This document shows, one piece after another, positions 27,033 to 40,094 of a stretch of 64,000 nt of DNA. The stretch is from the NCBI RefSeq assembly GCF_018350175.1, contig NC_058368.1, forward strand, positions 31,870,001-31,934,000, in the 5' to 3' direction. Position numbers and translations under genes: made by a program. The stretch is from Felis catus (taxonomy: Eukaryota). Position 1 is the first letter of the stretch; every line of letters begins with the position of its first letter. Below the pieces are notes generated by a model. That model saw only the letters and a list, made by a program, of their open reading frames with translations, made no database searches and was not told where the DNA came from.

Positions 27033-27904
27033 GTAGGGGTTGTTGTCATTACTGATACTATTATTGCTTTGGTTTTTATCTCTCAGTGAATGCTTTTTGA
27101 ATTATTCCCTCTTTGATGAACTACTAGTGATGCACTAAGTTGAAACTTTTTTCCTATTTCTTGACTGTATTTTTAACTTAGCACTTTCTTATTTACGGTT
27201 GTGTAAACTTTGATGGAATTAATGCACTTCAAAATTAAGTATCAAATGAAGAAAAAAATATCAAAGTCCAAAAGGTGGCTTTATGCCCATTTTTCTAGAT
27301 TATTTTTTAGCAATTTGATAGGTCAGAATGTATTTCTACTGTATACCTTCAAAACTTATGTGTATGCTAGACAACATTTCTTTCTTTTTTCAGAGATACT
27401 TTTAAAACTTTATTTAAAATACTTTATATAACAATTTGGGGTATTAGTTTTCATGGGAATCTCTTACATTTTATTTTCTATTTGTTAATTTAGATACAAT
27501 ATTTGTCTGCTGTGTTATATTTATAAGTAATAGAAACCATGCTATAACAGAAGAAGCACTACCATGAAAGTTAGGAAAATGAGGTCCTGATCCAATTTTA
27601 CCAGCAGTTCAATACCTGAGTATTTGTCACGAACACAGCTCTACACATTATTGGTTCTTAAGCCTCTTCACTTTTAAAACGATATGTATAAACTGGGTGA
27701 TCAAGATTATGTTCAGATCCAAGACTCTACAGTTTTGTGAATGAATCATTCTAATTTTTTGTGCCATATTTATTTGACCTTGTAAGTATTCTCACTTTTG
27801 ACAAGAAAACCTTCAGAAGCCATGGCAGAATTGACATCAAGGAAATTTGATCTAAAATGACAGCAAAATTAACAAAGTGTCATTATTTTATTTTTGATTA
27901 TTAT

Positions 27905-28118
27905 AACAATTTTAAGTGTTTATTTATTTTGAGAGGGAGCACACAAATGCATGCAACGGGGGAGGGACAGAGAGAGAGGGAGGGAAAGAATCCCAAGCAG
28001 GCTCCACACTGTCAGCACACAGCTCAATGCTGGGGCTCTATCTCATGAACTGTGAGATCATGACCTGAGCTGAGATCAAGAGTGAGTCGCTTAACCGACT
28101 GAACCACCCAGGTGCCCC
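27905..28118 (-). mobile_element. Can-SINE
   Basis: Tail and head motifs. Confidence 0.92.
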
Positions 28119-28996
28119 TAAAGTAAAATTCTTTTAAAAGCCTAAAAAATTCTGCATTGACTATTTCTGAATCATGAAGAAAAATCAGCGATCTATTAAC
28201 TCCAACTGTTTTTGTAAACTATTTCTGTCTGCCTTTGTCAGGTTTGCAGGCAATTTCCATTGAGAATTTTCCTTTGACTTATATATTTTATATTCTTACT
28301 TTAAGAACTTTTATTATTCTGGAAAAGCATCTAAGCAGTTTTTTGGAAGTGTCATGTTTATGTGATTTTTGATATACAGTGAAGAATTTTTTTCCAGCAC
28401 ATCTTATGTTTCCATCATTGCCAAGTGCAGTGAATGAATGTATTTGAAATCCTATGTATTAGAGTACCCCACTTAGGCCTTAGCTATACACAAATGTTTT
28501 AATTCTGATTTTCCTTTTCTTCTCAAATATAGAAATACATTTCTAACAGTAGACAATTTCTTATCCAGTTACATTTACTTTGTTGTGTACAGTATATCTG
28601 TTTATCTTTGAAGAGAATGTATCTTACTGTTTATCACAAATTTTTTAAAAAAATGAAATCAGATTTAGGAAAAGCAATATGTTTGTGTGATTTCATATAA
28701 TTAAATCATTAGGCCAATACTTATTGTTCCTTCCTATCTTCTTATAGTGTGCCAAAAAATGCAAAGTAATTTTTAAACTACAGAACAAAATTGATTGACT
28801 TTATTTACATATATCCTTTATCTGCAGGTTTTGCATTACTAAACCATTTTGAAATCTGATAAAGAGACTTACAGTGAAAAATTATTTCAATAATTTAACA
28901 AATATTTATTTATTATATACCATGTTCCAAACCTAGACTAGATGCCAGGGACACCGTTGATGTAGACAACATAAGTTGTCAAGAATATACAGAGAA

Positions 28997-29216
28997 GGGG
29001 CGCCTGGGTGGCTCAGTCGGTTGAGCGTCCGACTTCGGCTCCGGTCATGATCTCACACTCCGTGAGTTCGAGCCCCGCGTCGGGCTCTGTGCTGACAGCT
29101 CAGAGCCTGGAGCCTGCTTCACATTCTGTGTCTCCCTCTCTCTCTGCCCCTTCCCTGCTCATGCTCTGTCTCTGTCTCAAAAATAAATAAACATTAAAAA
29201 AAATTAAAAAAAAAAA
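28997..29216 (+). mobile_element. Young Can-SINE
   Basis: CpG-rich; TSD aagaatatacagagaag. Confidence 0.96.
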
Positions 29217-29234
29217 AAGAATATACAGAGAAGA

Positions 29235-29450
29235 TGGCGTGCCTGGGTGACTCAGTCTGTTAAGTGTCTGACTTGATTTCGGCACAGGTCATGATCTTGT
29301 GGTTTGTGAGTTCCAGTCCCATGTGGGGTTCTGTGTTGATGACTCAGAACCTGGATCCTGCTTTGGATTCTGTGTGTGTCTCTCTCTCTCGGCCCTTCCC
29401 CTGCTCTCTCTCTCTCTCTCTCTCTCATAAATACATAAACTTTAAAAGAA
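29235..29450 (+). mobile_element. Older Can-SINE in tandem
   Basis: gcgtgcctgggtgactcag head, CT tract, tail. Confidence 0.92.
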
Positions 29451-30021
29451 AAGAGGAAGAAACAGAGAAGAAGACCTAAATTAGTTGGATGTTTCTGAGG
29501 GAGGTAGTGAACAGGGAGCCTTCCAGGGAGAGCCAAAATATGTTAAGACTTGAAGAGTAAATTGGAATTATTCAAATATGGAAAATAGAGTTGAAGGTGG
29601 TGAATCCATGCCTGTCACTTTCCTCTTTTGTAGCAAGATGTCATCCTCAAGATCCTGGGTATCGGAAATTTACAGGAGTGACTCTTTTTTCACTACTTAT
29701 AACCAAGCCACTGTTCCATCGCTCTTTCCTAATAATTACTCTTTCTGCAAAATACTTAACATGGGACATGCCAATCTCTCGCCTACCTCCCTGTCATTAT
29801 CCACTTATCTGTAAGACACTTCTTCATATGCTCTGGTACATCTAAGTACTATACAGCTGACAATTACATTCTCTATCTCTGTGCTATCATCTTTTTGGAA
29901 CTTAAGGATTAGTAAATGTTCTTGTGCTGCCCTTACTAAACTTTATTCTCAGAGTTATTACTCTCCTACTATACTCAACTGTGGCCAAAACCTTTCTCTC
30001 TTCAAAGTATAAATCTTAATT

Positions 30022-30229
30022 TGTTAACTGTTTTATTTATTTTTGAGAGAGAAGACAGAGGGTGAGTGAGGAGGGGTAGAGAGAGAGAGAGAGAGAGAGA
30101 CAGAATCTAAAGCAGGCTCCAGGCCCCAAACTGTCAGCACAGAGCCCGGCATGGGGCTTGAACTCACAAACTGAAATCATGACCTGAGCCTAAGTTGGAT
30201 GCTTAACCAACTGAGCCACCCAGGTGTCC
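30022..30229 (-). mobile_element. Can-SINE
   Basis: Tail and head motifs; TSD-like aaat(c/a)ttaattt. Confidence 0.92.
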
Positions 30230-31489
30230 AAAATATTAATTTTTAAAATTGACTAAATTGTCATTTGACTTCAACAACAATCACAATTATATAACTCTTT
30301 TGTAATTAGGATTTCTCTTCACTTGACTTGCTTCCATTCCTATGTTATAAATAATGAACAGTGTTATTATAGGCATCCTTAATGAAGGAATTGTCCCTGT
30401 GATAGGTCTATCAGTTCCAGGGATTTATATCTTTGGTGCTAAAGATAATGCACATTTCTATTGAAAATAGCAGAGAGAATGTGAAGATAAGTACAACAGG
30501 CAGATCCTTAGAAAGTATGTTTCAGGTGTATATTGAAAAAGTGAAATGTTACCATCAAATCTAAAGGAAAGGTGCCAGGTAAAAATAAGTGCTACAGCAA
30601 GGTGTTAATGTATGAACATACAGTGAACACAGTGGAGACTATTATCTTAAGAGACGTAAGAAGAATTTCAAGTGTTCATGTGAAACCAAACTGAAGTGTC
30701 CTTGATTCATTTTTAGTTGATTTCAGTCCAAGATATATAAGAGTATTGGGAAGTCTAAAATTTTAGGTTTGGGTCAAACAGTAGGTTTTCTGAGCATTTG
30801 ATTTTACCGACTCACCCTCTCAATCTCGTGGATTGATAACCAGGTTTGCTTGGTATTTCTAGAAAAATTGATGAGTGACAATTGAATCCACTCCAAACTC
30901 ATGTTCTCCAGCCCATACAGTAGTTTTCTTTAAAAATAAATGATCCTAATTTTTCCACTCATTTTACTTCGAGCTTGTAATTTCTCAGTCAAAAAAATCA
31001 CTTTCTTCTCATGTATCCAGTATATCTTACATTTTTACCCAGCATTTCTTCATCTCCTCTAACCTTTAAAGATGACATAGAAATTCTTACTTCCATTACA
31101 TTTACCTCTTCTGCCAAGCCATGATATATAGATATTCTTCAGTCTCCACTTAGCTTTTCTGTTTTCTTTATAATATTCTGTAGCAAATTTATATAAACTG
31201 ATGGATAGCTGTTCACTTCTAAATATATGTGTAGACTCCTATATTTTAAAATTTGATCCTATTTTGACTTTCAGATTCTCTCTTCCAATATGTTCCTGGC
31301 CATCTCCATGTGGATATCACACTATTACCTAAGGCTAAACAATGTATACTACTATTTTTTTAAGTTTTCCTTCCCCAAATTTGTTCTGTCTACTATATGT
31401 CCTATGTCAAATTAATAAAATCAGTACCTTCCCAAAAAACAGTTCAGACAATTTAAGATTATCCTCAACGCATCTCTTTTGATTAACCC

Positions 31490-31686
31490 AATGACTTTCA
31501 AACTTGAGTGAGCATCAGAATTATGTGAATGGTGGGCTCTACCTTTAAAATAGAGTGCTGGGCTCCACTTTTAGAGTTTTGATTCAGTAGGTTTGTACCA
31601 ATGCCCAAGAGTAGGCATTTCCAAAACGTTCCCAAGTGATGCTGATGCCACGGGTCCAGGAACCACAGTTTGAGAATCAGTGCTTT
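31490..31686. mobile_element. MER5A
   Basis: ttcaaacttgagtgagcatcagaat...gattcagtaggttt...gtgatgctgatgc...ggaaccacagtttgagaatcagtgct. Confidence 0.8.
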
Positions 31687-31775
31687 AACCTCTTTTAAGA
31701 AGTAGTCATCATGATGTTGTTAAGTTTGCTAATGACATTTTTGTAACTCTCCATTGCCTACAAAATAAAGCTGAA

Positions 31776-31778
<3 letters not shown>

Positions 31779-31818
<40 letters not shown>
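31779..31818. repeat. (CA)n microsatellite
   Basis: Direct reading. Confidence 0.97.
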
Positions 31819-31820
<2 letters not shown>

Positions 31821-33694
31821 TGAAGGGAGTGGATATTAAATCCTTTGGCAATCAGATTTAATTATATTCTGTTATATTTTGTTGCTCTCAAATATCATAT
31901 GTTCCACCATCCAAAAAACATTTTGATCCTTGAACAGGTGATTGTTTTATACATTTGTTTTGGAGAAATTCTCTAGATCTAACCTAAAACAAACAGAAAA
32001 CAAAACCATATATGTTAGTGCTTCAACTGTCTTGAATTTTAACTCTCAATTTCCGTTCGTATTTTTGGACTTTTCTACCTGGTTGTCGTGTCTGCAGCTC
32101 ATGCTTAGCAGCTTTGCCAAAAGTATCATCTATAATTTGTTCATCCCCCCCTTTTTTTCCCCCTCTTATAGTACCTCCTATCGTTTTTAACAAATATTTA
32201 TTATTAATCTTAGGACATCAATTAATGCCTATTGAATTGAAAAAAGAATAGGTACTTCTTCCATGCAGTTTTACCACTTTAGCTTTCAGTGTAAGTACTG
32301 TATATTGCAAGGTGTTTCCGTAGATGAATAAAATCGTTACCCTCATTTGGCTAGGGAACTCTGTTTTTTACCCACTGATAATCATTTAAAATACTCCCAG
32401 AGGAGTAAATGACCCTGCAGTCTTTTATAAATCTCTTTTGTAATAAACAACTAGTTAATGTTAATTTTTAATATTCATACTTAAGTAGGAAGGTACTTTC
32501 CTACACAAACAGGGGCAAAATGAACTGATACATACATTGTGCTCATTCCACAAGCATAAACTTCTGTAAAGCATGGGACCTTAGGAAACATTCTATTATC
32601 AAAGCACATGGTTACACACCAAGAAATCTAAACCATGAATACAAATCGTTCTGATGAAGGAAATCATTGATCTTACACTAATTAGCAATATGTTCTCCAG
32701 GAAGGAAATCACTCTTGAGAGGTTTAACAAATGGTAATATGGATGAGCTATTCACAGGCTGGTTCCACAGAATGGTCCACTTCCAGATGCAAACACCCTT
32801 GCTTTTTTCCCCCTCCAGCAGATTCTTCTCAAGTTCCTGATATTAAAAGTAGTTTCATCTTCAGTATTATCCTCTAGAATGGACATGATCTTGCTTTTAT
32901 TTCCCCTCTCAATTGTCTTTTATTAAACAAATAAAAATAAACATTTTGTGTGCTACTTTTCTACAGGAATGGTTCTTTTGAGTACCTTTCGTACCTCTCC
33001 AGTTTTGTTTCTGATGTCTGTTAGTTTCTCTCTAGCTTCCTTTACGTAAGCTGCCTCATATATAGGATCTTATAAATGTCAAGGACATAAACTACTTGAA
33101 TGTCTTTGAACTCTCTCAGAACCTCCTTTACTATAGTTGCTCCCTGATTGTTAAGCTAACTTTTGATTGATCTGTTTTTCTCTCTCTTTTAAACTGCCTC
33201 CTCCTCTGCTAGTCACTACCCCTGTTTACCCACTCAGCTACTTACTCTCTTTTGCTTTAAACTCCTTTTTATTAGGACTCATGCAGACTCAGCCATGCCC
33301 TCATGCTGTCTTTCTGTAGCTGGCCTCTCAGAGCTTTAGATTATTGATCATTCTGCAGATGTGAATGAAATTAAGCTGAAATTCCTCTGCTTTACTTCTG
33401 GTGTTACTCATGTTAGGTTTGAATTCAGTATTTCTGAACATGTTATACTTTTTAGAAAGTAGTAACTCCCTTAGTTGATGGATTATTTATTAGTAACTAA
33501 TAAAGACCACACAATTTAAGAACTACAATGGCTCTGAGTGTATCGATGTATCATTTAAAGAGGAGGAAAACTGAGGCTCAGAAATTGTTAAGTGATTTGA
33601 AGTGGGCTTAAGTAGTTAGTATGTTAGTAAAAAGCTAGGGAGAAAAATCAGGTTTTCTAACTCTTAGAGAGTTTCTAGTTTACTGTAAATAACT

Positions 33695-33774
33695 TATCCA
33701 TCTCTATCTATCTGTATCCCTATCTATCTATCTATCTATCTACCTATCTATCTATCTATCTATCTATCCATCTA
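33695..33774. repeat. (CTAT)n / GATA tetranucleotide STR
   Basis: Direct reading. Confidence 0.95.
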
Positions 33775-33776
33775 AA

Positions 33777-33847
33777 AACCATGAGATCATGACCTGAACT
33801 GAAATCAAGAGTTGGAAACTTAACTGACTGAGCTGCCCAGGCACCCC
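33777..33847 (-). mobile_element. Can-SINE head fragment
   Basis: catgagatcatgacctgaactgaaatcaagagt...gctgcccaggcacccc. Confidence 0.85.
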
Positions 33848-34724
33848 AATAGCCAGTATTATTTGATGGCATAAATACTTAAAACTTTTATATCTGTACT
33901 ATTAAACAATCATTGTTTAAATAGAAGAAATAGAAAAATACTTTATTTACTCAGATTTTGGTATTATTTCTCCAATAGTCCTGTGAGATGTTAGGAATTG
34001 TATTTTCACTCTCAAGTAGTATCTCAAAAACAGACACTAATAATAGTAGGTTGCCAATATTTGTACAAGGTACTCTAAATGATTTTTCTTTTAATTTTAT
34101 CTTTTGGTACCTTTAATCTCTTTGTAAGCCAGAAAAGTCAACTGATAATTTCCCTCAAATAGCGCAAATGTTTTGTTTCACATTTATTTTCACAATTCCC
34201 CTTCATTGCGTAGAAAAATCTTGATCTAAGCTTCTTGAAATGGAAAATTAGTTCTAGAAATTGTCTAATAGTGAGAGAATAAGTATTTTAAAAACAGATA
34301 TTGCTGTATAGGGTCCAGTTGGTTTTCAGATCTTGAAGTCCCCATCTTGTAACAGTTGGATTCATTTAGCTTTTACCTTGAAGATCTAAGTCAGGCCCAT
34401 TTATAAGGCCAATACTGGTTTAAGAGATGAAAAAACAAAATTGGGACTCACAAATAAGTATATTTTCTACTATAACTTTTGATTAAAGGACCATTTTTGC
34501 TATTGAGAATTTTCTTTGATTTTAAAACCAATTCCCCTTTGGTTCTCCACGACTAATAAATGTTTCCCTGTAACTGTGTTCTTTTTTTGATTATTTGCCT
34601 TTCCACATCTCTGGGACTGAATCTCTGAATCATTCTAGCTAATTTGTTAAGGATTCAATTCACATCCTCTTGCTTCAGCTACCCCTAAGATTACAATTTT
34701 CTAGTTTGTATTTCAAATATTTCT

Positions 34725-35216
34725 GGGGCACCTGGGTCGCCCAATTGCTTGAGCGTCTGACTCTTGATTTCAGGTTATGATCCCAGGGTTGTGGGATCAA
34801 GCCTTGCTGCGGGCTGAGCATAGAGCCTGGTTGAGATTCTCTCTCTCCCTCTCTCCCTCTCTCCCTCTCTTCCTCTCTCCCCCTCCCTCTCTCTCTCCCC
34901 CTCCCTCTCTCTCTCCCCCTCCCTCTCTCTCTCCCCCTCCCCCTCTCTCTCCCCCTCCCCCTCTCTCTCCCCCTCCCCCTCTCTCTCCCCCTCCCCCTCT
35001 CTCTCCCCCTCCCCCTCTCTCTCCCCCTCCCCCTCTCTCTCCCCCTCCCCCTCTCTCTCCCCCTCCCTCTCTCTCTCCTTCTCTCTCTCTCTCTCTCTCC
35101 CCCCCTCTCTCTCTCTCCCCCTCTCTCTCTCTCCCCCCCTTCTTCCCTCTCCTTCCCTCCCTCTGCCCCTCTACCCCACTCACACTCTCTCTCTAAAATA
35201 AATTTTAAAATAATGT
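34725..35216 (+). mobile_element. Can-SINE with expanded CT-rich minisatellite
   Basis: TSD aaatatttct at 34715-34724 and 35219-35228. Confidence 0.93.
34873..35070. repeat. 18-bp minisatellite ctctctccccctccc(c/t)ct x about 11
   Basis: Direct reading; appears as LSPPP(S/P) repeats in the ORF track. Confidence 0.93.
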
Positions 35217-35566
35217 TAAAATATTTCTGTGTGAGGAATTCCAAAATCTATACCTATTGGTGAAAGTCTAAGATGGTAGTGGCATGGCTGTTGACATTTA
35301 CCATGCCCAGAAACAGTGCTTTATGTTGGAATGGACTTCCTACCAGCTTGATTGGAGTAACTCCTTCCAAGTTTGAAATACTAGCCCTCTTAATTTCCCC
35401 ATCTCTTTAAACTTAAATGGGATCTAGCAAGAACATATTTGTTATAAAATGTACCATGTAATTTTGAATTATGTTTTTAAATTAGTGCTATTTTTAGAGT
35501 TCTGCTTTTTTATGGCCACCCTGCCATTAGATGGATTAAAAATATAATTCAAAAAATTTAGTGCTT

Positions 35567-35760
35567 TTTTTTTTGAAAGGTTATTTATTTATTTTTAGAG
35601 AGAGTGAAAGTGGGAGAGGAGCAAAGAGAGAGGGAGAATTCCAACTAGGCTCCATGTGGTTAGCGCAGGCCAGTCCCCTACACGGGGCTTGAACTCATGA
35701 AACTTTGAGATCATGACCTAAGCCCATGACGCTTAACAGACTGAGCCACCCAGGCACCCC
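35567..35760 (-). mobile_element. Can-SINE
   Basis: TSD aaaaaa.ttagtg.tttt. Confidence 0.9.
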
Positions 35761-36099
35761 AAAAAAGTTAGTGTTTTTAAATGTAAGATATCAAATCTAA
35801 AAGTAACTTATGTTTATATAACTACATTTGCATTTATCCATAACATTGTTAGAATATAGTGTTATTTTTATAGGTGTACGTTTTCCCCTTCATCAGGTAT
35901 TAAAGAATTATAGAATCATTACTAATAAATTTGAAACTCACAATTGTAATTTCAATTAAAAATTGTGGTTTGGCATCACATATTTAATTTAAATAATTGG
36001 AAAGGAACAGATTATATTTTATTTTGTTTTTAAAATAGATTGATTTGTACAAAGATGAGAACTAAGAAGTGCCCTCATTTATATTTAACCAGTGAATGT

Positions 36100-36262
36100 T
36101 TGTCAAATTGTAGCCACTCTTCCAGCATAGTCAGCATCATGTAAGAACTTGTTAGAATACAAGGACCCCAGGCCTACTGAATTAGAATTTGGTCCTGGGC
36201 CCCAGCAATGTGTCTTAACAAGTCTTCCAGGTGATTATGATGCAGTGCAATTTGAGAACTAC
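36100..36262. mobile_element. MER5A fragment
   Basis: cagcatcat...gaacttgttagaat...ccccaggcctactgaattagaa...ttaacaagtcttccaggtgatt. Confidence 0.75.
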
Positions 36263-37234
36263 ATAATAAATCAGTTTTAACAAGAAAAGTTAGCTATTCT
36301 CAAATAGTAAGAACCAATGGATAGCTCATTTTGAATGCAAAATTGAGTTTACAGAAAACAAAATAAAAACAGAGTGAAAAAAAGTGACTTTATCATTATT
36401 TTTCATGAAAAATCCTTCAGAAATTCCAAAAATGTGTTTATTTTTTGTGAAGTTTTTAGAATGAACTAATAATTGTAATGAAATTCATGATGGTAATTTG
36501 AGTTTTGGATTTCATATGATATTCAGTGCTTACTGACTACCATGACTTCAATCATTGGGTCAGGTTACACATAATTATCAATGGCCAGTTTTACTATTCA
36601 TATGTAAATGTACAAAATTTAAAAGTCATGGAAATGAGTGTTTAGCAATTGGCTTCTCAATGAAGAATTTGAAATGTGATTTATTTTCTTGGCTTTGTTA
36701 GCAGTGAATATATTAGCCCTGCTCTAATAAAACTCACGTTTCCCTTCTGTGCTTACTGAATGAGCTTTTCAAAAGGCAGAGATCTAGAGTTTTGCTTAGT
36801 AAACAAGAATCAACAGACTTATAGCAGGTGTTATTGCCAGCCTGATATTCGAGTATCATAGGGGAACAATTTAGAAGCACATTAGTGAAAGCAAATGTGT
36901 GGAAACTATAATTCGAATTTATTATCTTTTGTGGCTAGTTTTCAAGAAATTCATATCTTTTGAGGATAATTTCATAATTTGCCTTCAAACTTGTACATAA
37001 ACCTATTTCTCTTAGGTCTGATATTAGTAGGTTCAGTGAAATCCCAATAAAGGACAGATGTTTTTAATTCAATGCCTATCACAATAAATTGTTAAGAGCA
37101 GTTATTAGAACTGATCATGAAACTGATCAAAACCTTCATGAGCAATGGAAAAAAATTGCAATGATAGACTCACTAGTATAGGAATCTCATTTTTACTCAG
37201 CAGATACTTATTGGCCATGTTCTAAATGCTAGAA

Positions 37235-37430
37235 CTGTGTTTTCAGTATGCAGTTCCCATAAGGGCAGCATCAGCATCACGTGGAAACTTATTCAAACTG
37301 ATAAACCCACAGGTACACAACTCTAGACCTGTTGAATGGAAAACTCTGAGGATGGGCCCAGCATTATGTGCTTGTTAAAATTGCCTCCAGATGGTTCTAA
37401 AACACATTAAGTTTCAGAACTACTGTCCCA
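37235..37430. mobile_element. MER5A
   Basis: cagcatcagcatcacgtggaaact...gaaaactctgaggatgggcccagca...cctccagatggttcta...aagtttcagaactactg. Confidence 0.75.
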
Positions 37431-38357
37431 GAGCTAAGTATTATATTAATAACTGAATATACTTAAATAGAAAGATATGAAAGAAGGGAGGCAGGGAGGG
37501 AGGTAGAGAGGGATCAGTGAAAGATAAATGGATAGTTTAACTACTATTCCTACTTGTAATTTATTCATGGTCTAGGAGTGGAAACAGCTAGACTGGCAAC
37601 ACATGTAAGTTTATGGGCTTCAAGAAGGACATGTACCCGGTATTCTGAGAACACTGTGGGACTGGTTCATATGTTAGAGCCCGCAGAGAAAACTATACTT
37701 GAATGAAAGCTTGTGAAGGGGGGTTGCTAAATAGGTTTTAGGTACCGCCCTGTCTCTGACTTTTTTCATGGTGTGTCTCTCCTCTGCCTCAGGTTTAGAT
37801 TCTTTTTTCCATATTGGATTTGGAAAATAAACTATAATTACTATTTAGTACTGAAAAGAGTGTTGTGAGCATTAGAATAGTAATAAATATAATCATTGGC
37901 AGTTGGTTGTGGTATTTTTATGTTTCAAAACATAGGCTCTTACATCTTTTAAAGAGAATAATTATAGTTTTGCTTTGCCAAATAAGAACGGCATGGCAAG
38001 ATTGACTGGTTTCCTCTAGGTTTTAGGGCTAACAAGAGGTGGGACTTAATATCCACTCTTTCACCACGATCCCTAGGGTCTTCCCTTCATCAATATACTT
38101 TCTTTTCTCTGCAAAACTAAAACTAAGCTCAAATTCACTCAAATTTTGACCACCAATGGGGAGTTTTGTCTCTGTGTTAAAAGAGTGCAACACAAATAAA
38201 ATATTACACACAAAAATTTTTTAAGTAAGGATAAAGATAAAATAACATCATTAAATATATATGTAGAGACAAAATAATTTGTACAGCCCAGTATTTCTCT
38301 TTATCAAACAGATGAATATAAAATATGTGGAATTTTCAGTCTAATTCTTAGTTGTTG

Positions 38358-38488
38358 TTTTTTTTAAAGAGTTTATTTTTAAGTGGTCTCTACACACAAT
38401 GTGGAGCTGAAACTCACAACCCTGAGATGAAGAGTCGAATGCTGACTCAGTCAGCATTCAGATACTGACTGAGTCATCCAGGTACCCC
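38358..38488 (-). mobile_element. Short old-type Can-SINE with internal inverted insertion
   Basis: tttttaagtggtctctacac...ccctgagatgaagagtc...ccaggtacccc. Confidence 0.85.
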
Positions 38489-39310
38489 TGTAGTTCTAAA
38501 TAGCTAAGTGATAGGAAGATTATTTATGTCTTTTATAATGCTGAACAATAGGCGCTCCTAGTTAAATCCTGAGTTTTGACATTATTAAGCCTTTAACCTC
38601 TTTGTCTTTGATATGAAACCTAGCAAGTTAAAAGAAAACCAACATCTGCAAAAGCCTAACAAATGTATTTCCCCATTAGTCCAAAATCAGGCGTTCAAAT
38701 AATTTTCACATAAAGTACAAAAAAAGCTTATTTTTATATTTTTACTTTAGTATGGAATGGTTATGAAATTAATGATGACAAATATTTCCATATACTCTTT
38801 AATACACTTTGCAATAATACTGATCAATGAATTGATTGTCCTCCTCTTTTCCCAGTATGTATTACATTAGCTACTTATTTTAAACTTTAAATTAGATGGA
38901 CAGAATAGACAGAATTTGAGGTTCTAACTATGCAGTTTACCTTGAAGTCGTCAACAATGCTATTTTGTCAAAATTAAAGTTTGTTTGCCAGAAAATTGAA
39001 ACAAATTTTGAAAATTGAATGGTTTTCTCTAATTTCATGAACATCAATATTATGGATACTTACTTAGTATGTGTTTATTTTATAGGTATTGTATATGTTG
39101 AATAAATACATGGGTTCCATTCAATTCAGCTTAGGATTTTACATTGGTAGTAGCCAATACTGTTACTACTACTACTTTAGATCAGCTACTAAGTCAAAGA
39201 AGATGTGAAAACGATAATTTTCAAAACCTCTTTATTTTGCATTATCTAACCGTTTTATTGTTGTAACTCTAAGTGACTGCTATGTTTTGCTGAAATTAAG
39301 ATAGTTTTTA

Positions 39311-39531
39311 GGGGCGCCTGGGTGGCGCAGTCAGTTAAGCGTCCGACTTCAGCCAGGTCATGATCTCGCGGTCCGTGAGTTCGAGCCCCGCGTCAGGCTC
39401 TGGGCTGATGGCTCAGAGCCTGGAGCCTGTTTCCGATTCTGTGTCTCCCTCTCTCTCTGCCCCTCCCCCGTTCATGCTCTGTCTCTCTCTGTCCCAAAAA
39501 TAAATAAATAAAAAAAAAAAAGTTGAAAAAA
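39311..39531 (+). mobile_element. Very young feline SINEC_Fc-type SINE
   Basis: Near-consensus and CpG-rich; TSD aagatagttttta. Confidence 0.97.
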
Positions 39532-40094
39532 AAGATAGTTTTTAATGACATTTTCACATTTAGAGTAAAAATGGAAGTTGAAAATCAGTAAGAATTTTTG
39601 AAGAAAAATATTGTCCTCCTCAATGTGCGTAAACATGTCACAGATGAATGTACAAGTGTGTGTGTGTGTGGGGGGGGGGGGGGAGATTGTTATCACCTCT
39701 AACACTAGTTAAAAATTAATGAAATCTTGAATATTTTCTAGAAGTTATTGAACTCTAGGAAAACAATGTTATCTCTGACATTTGCAATACTGATATCTGA
39801 AGATAAACAGTGAAAAGATTGTTGGTTTTCTATGGTAAAATTGAAAATCTTGATAATTGTGCAGTTTTTTAGACTTAAAAACACATTGTGTTTTTGTTTT
39901 TTTTTTTGTTGTTTTTTTTATTTCAAGAACCAATCCTTTTAAAGCCTGGACTTGTCCTTTTCTAAATATATTTTGCTTAAGTCTTCCTTTCAAAATGACC
40001 ATTTCCATGTATTAAATTTATATTATTTCCTATTACAAATGAAACCGTAAGAAACAAACAACATTTCATAAGCTTAATTTCATTACTTTCTTAT

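Noticed and set aside
34675..35244. 189/139/128-aa ORFs rich in RG/ER, SP and G
   Set aside because: Translations of the CT minisatellite inside a SINE
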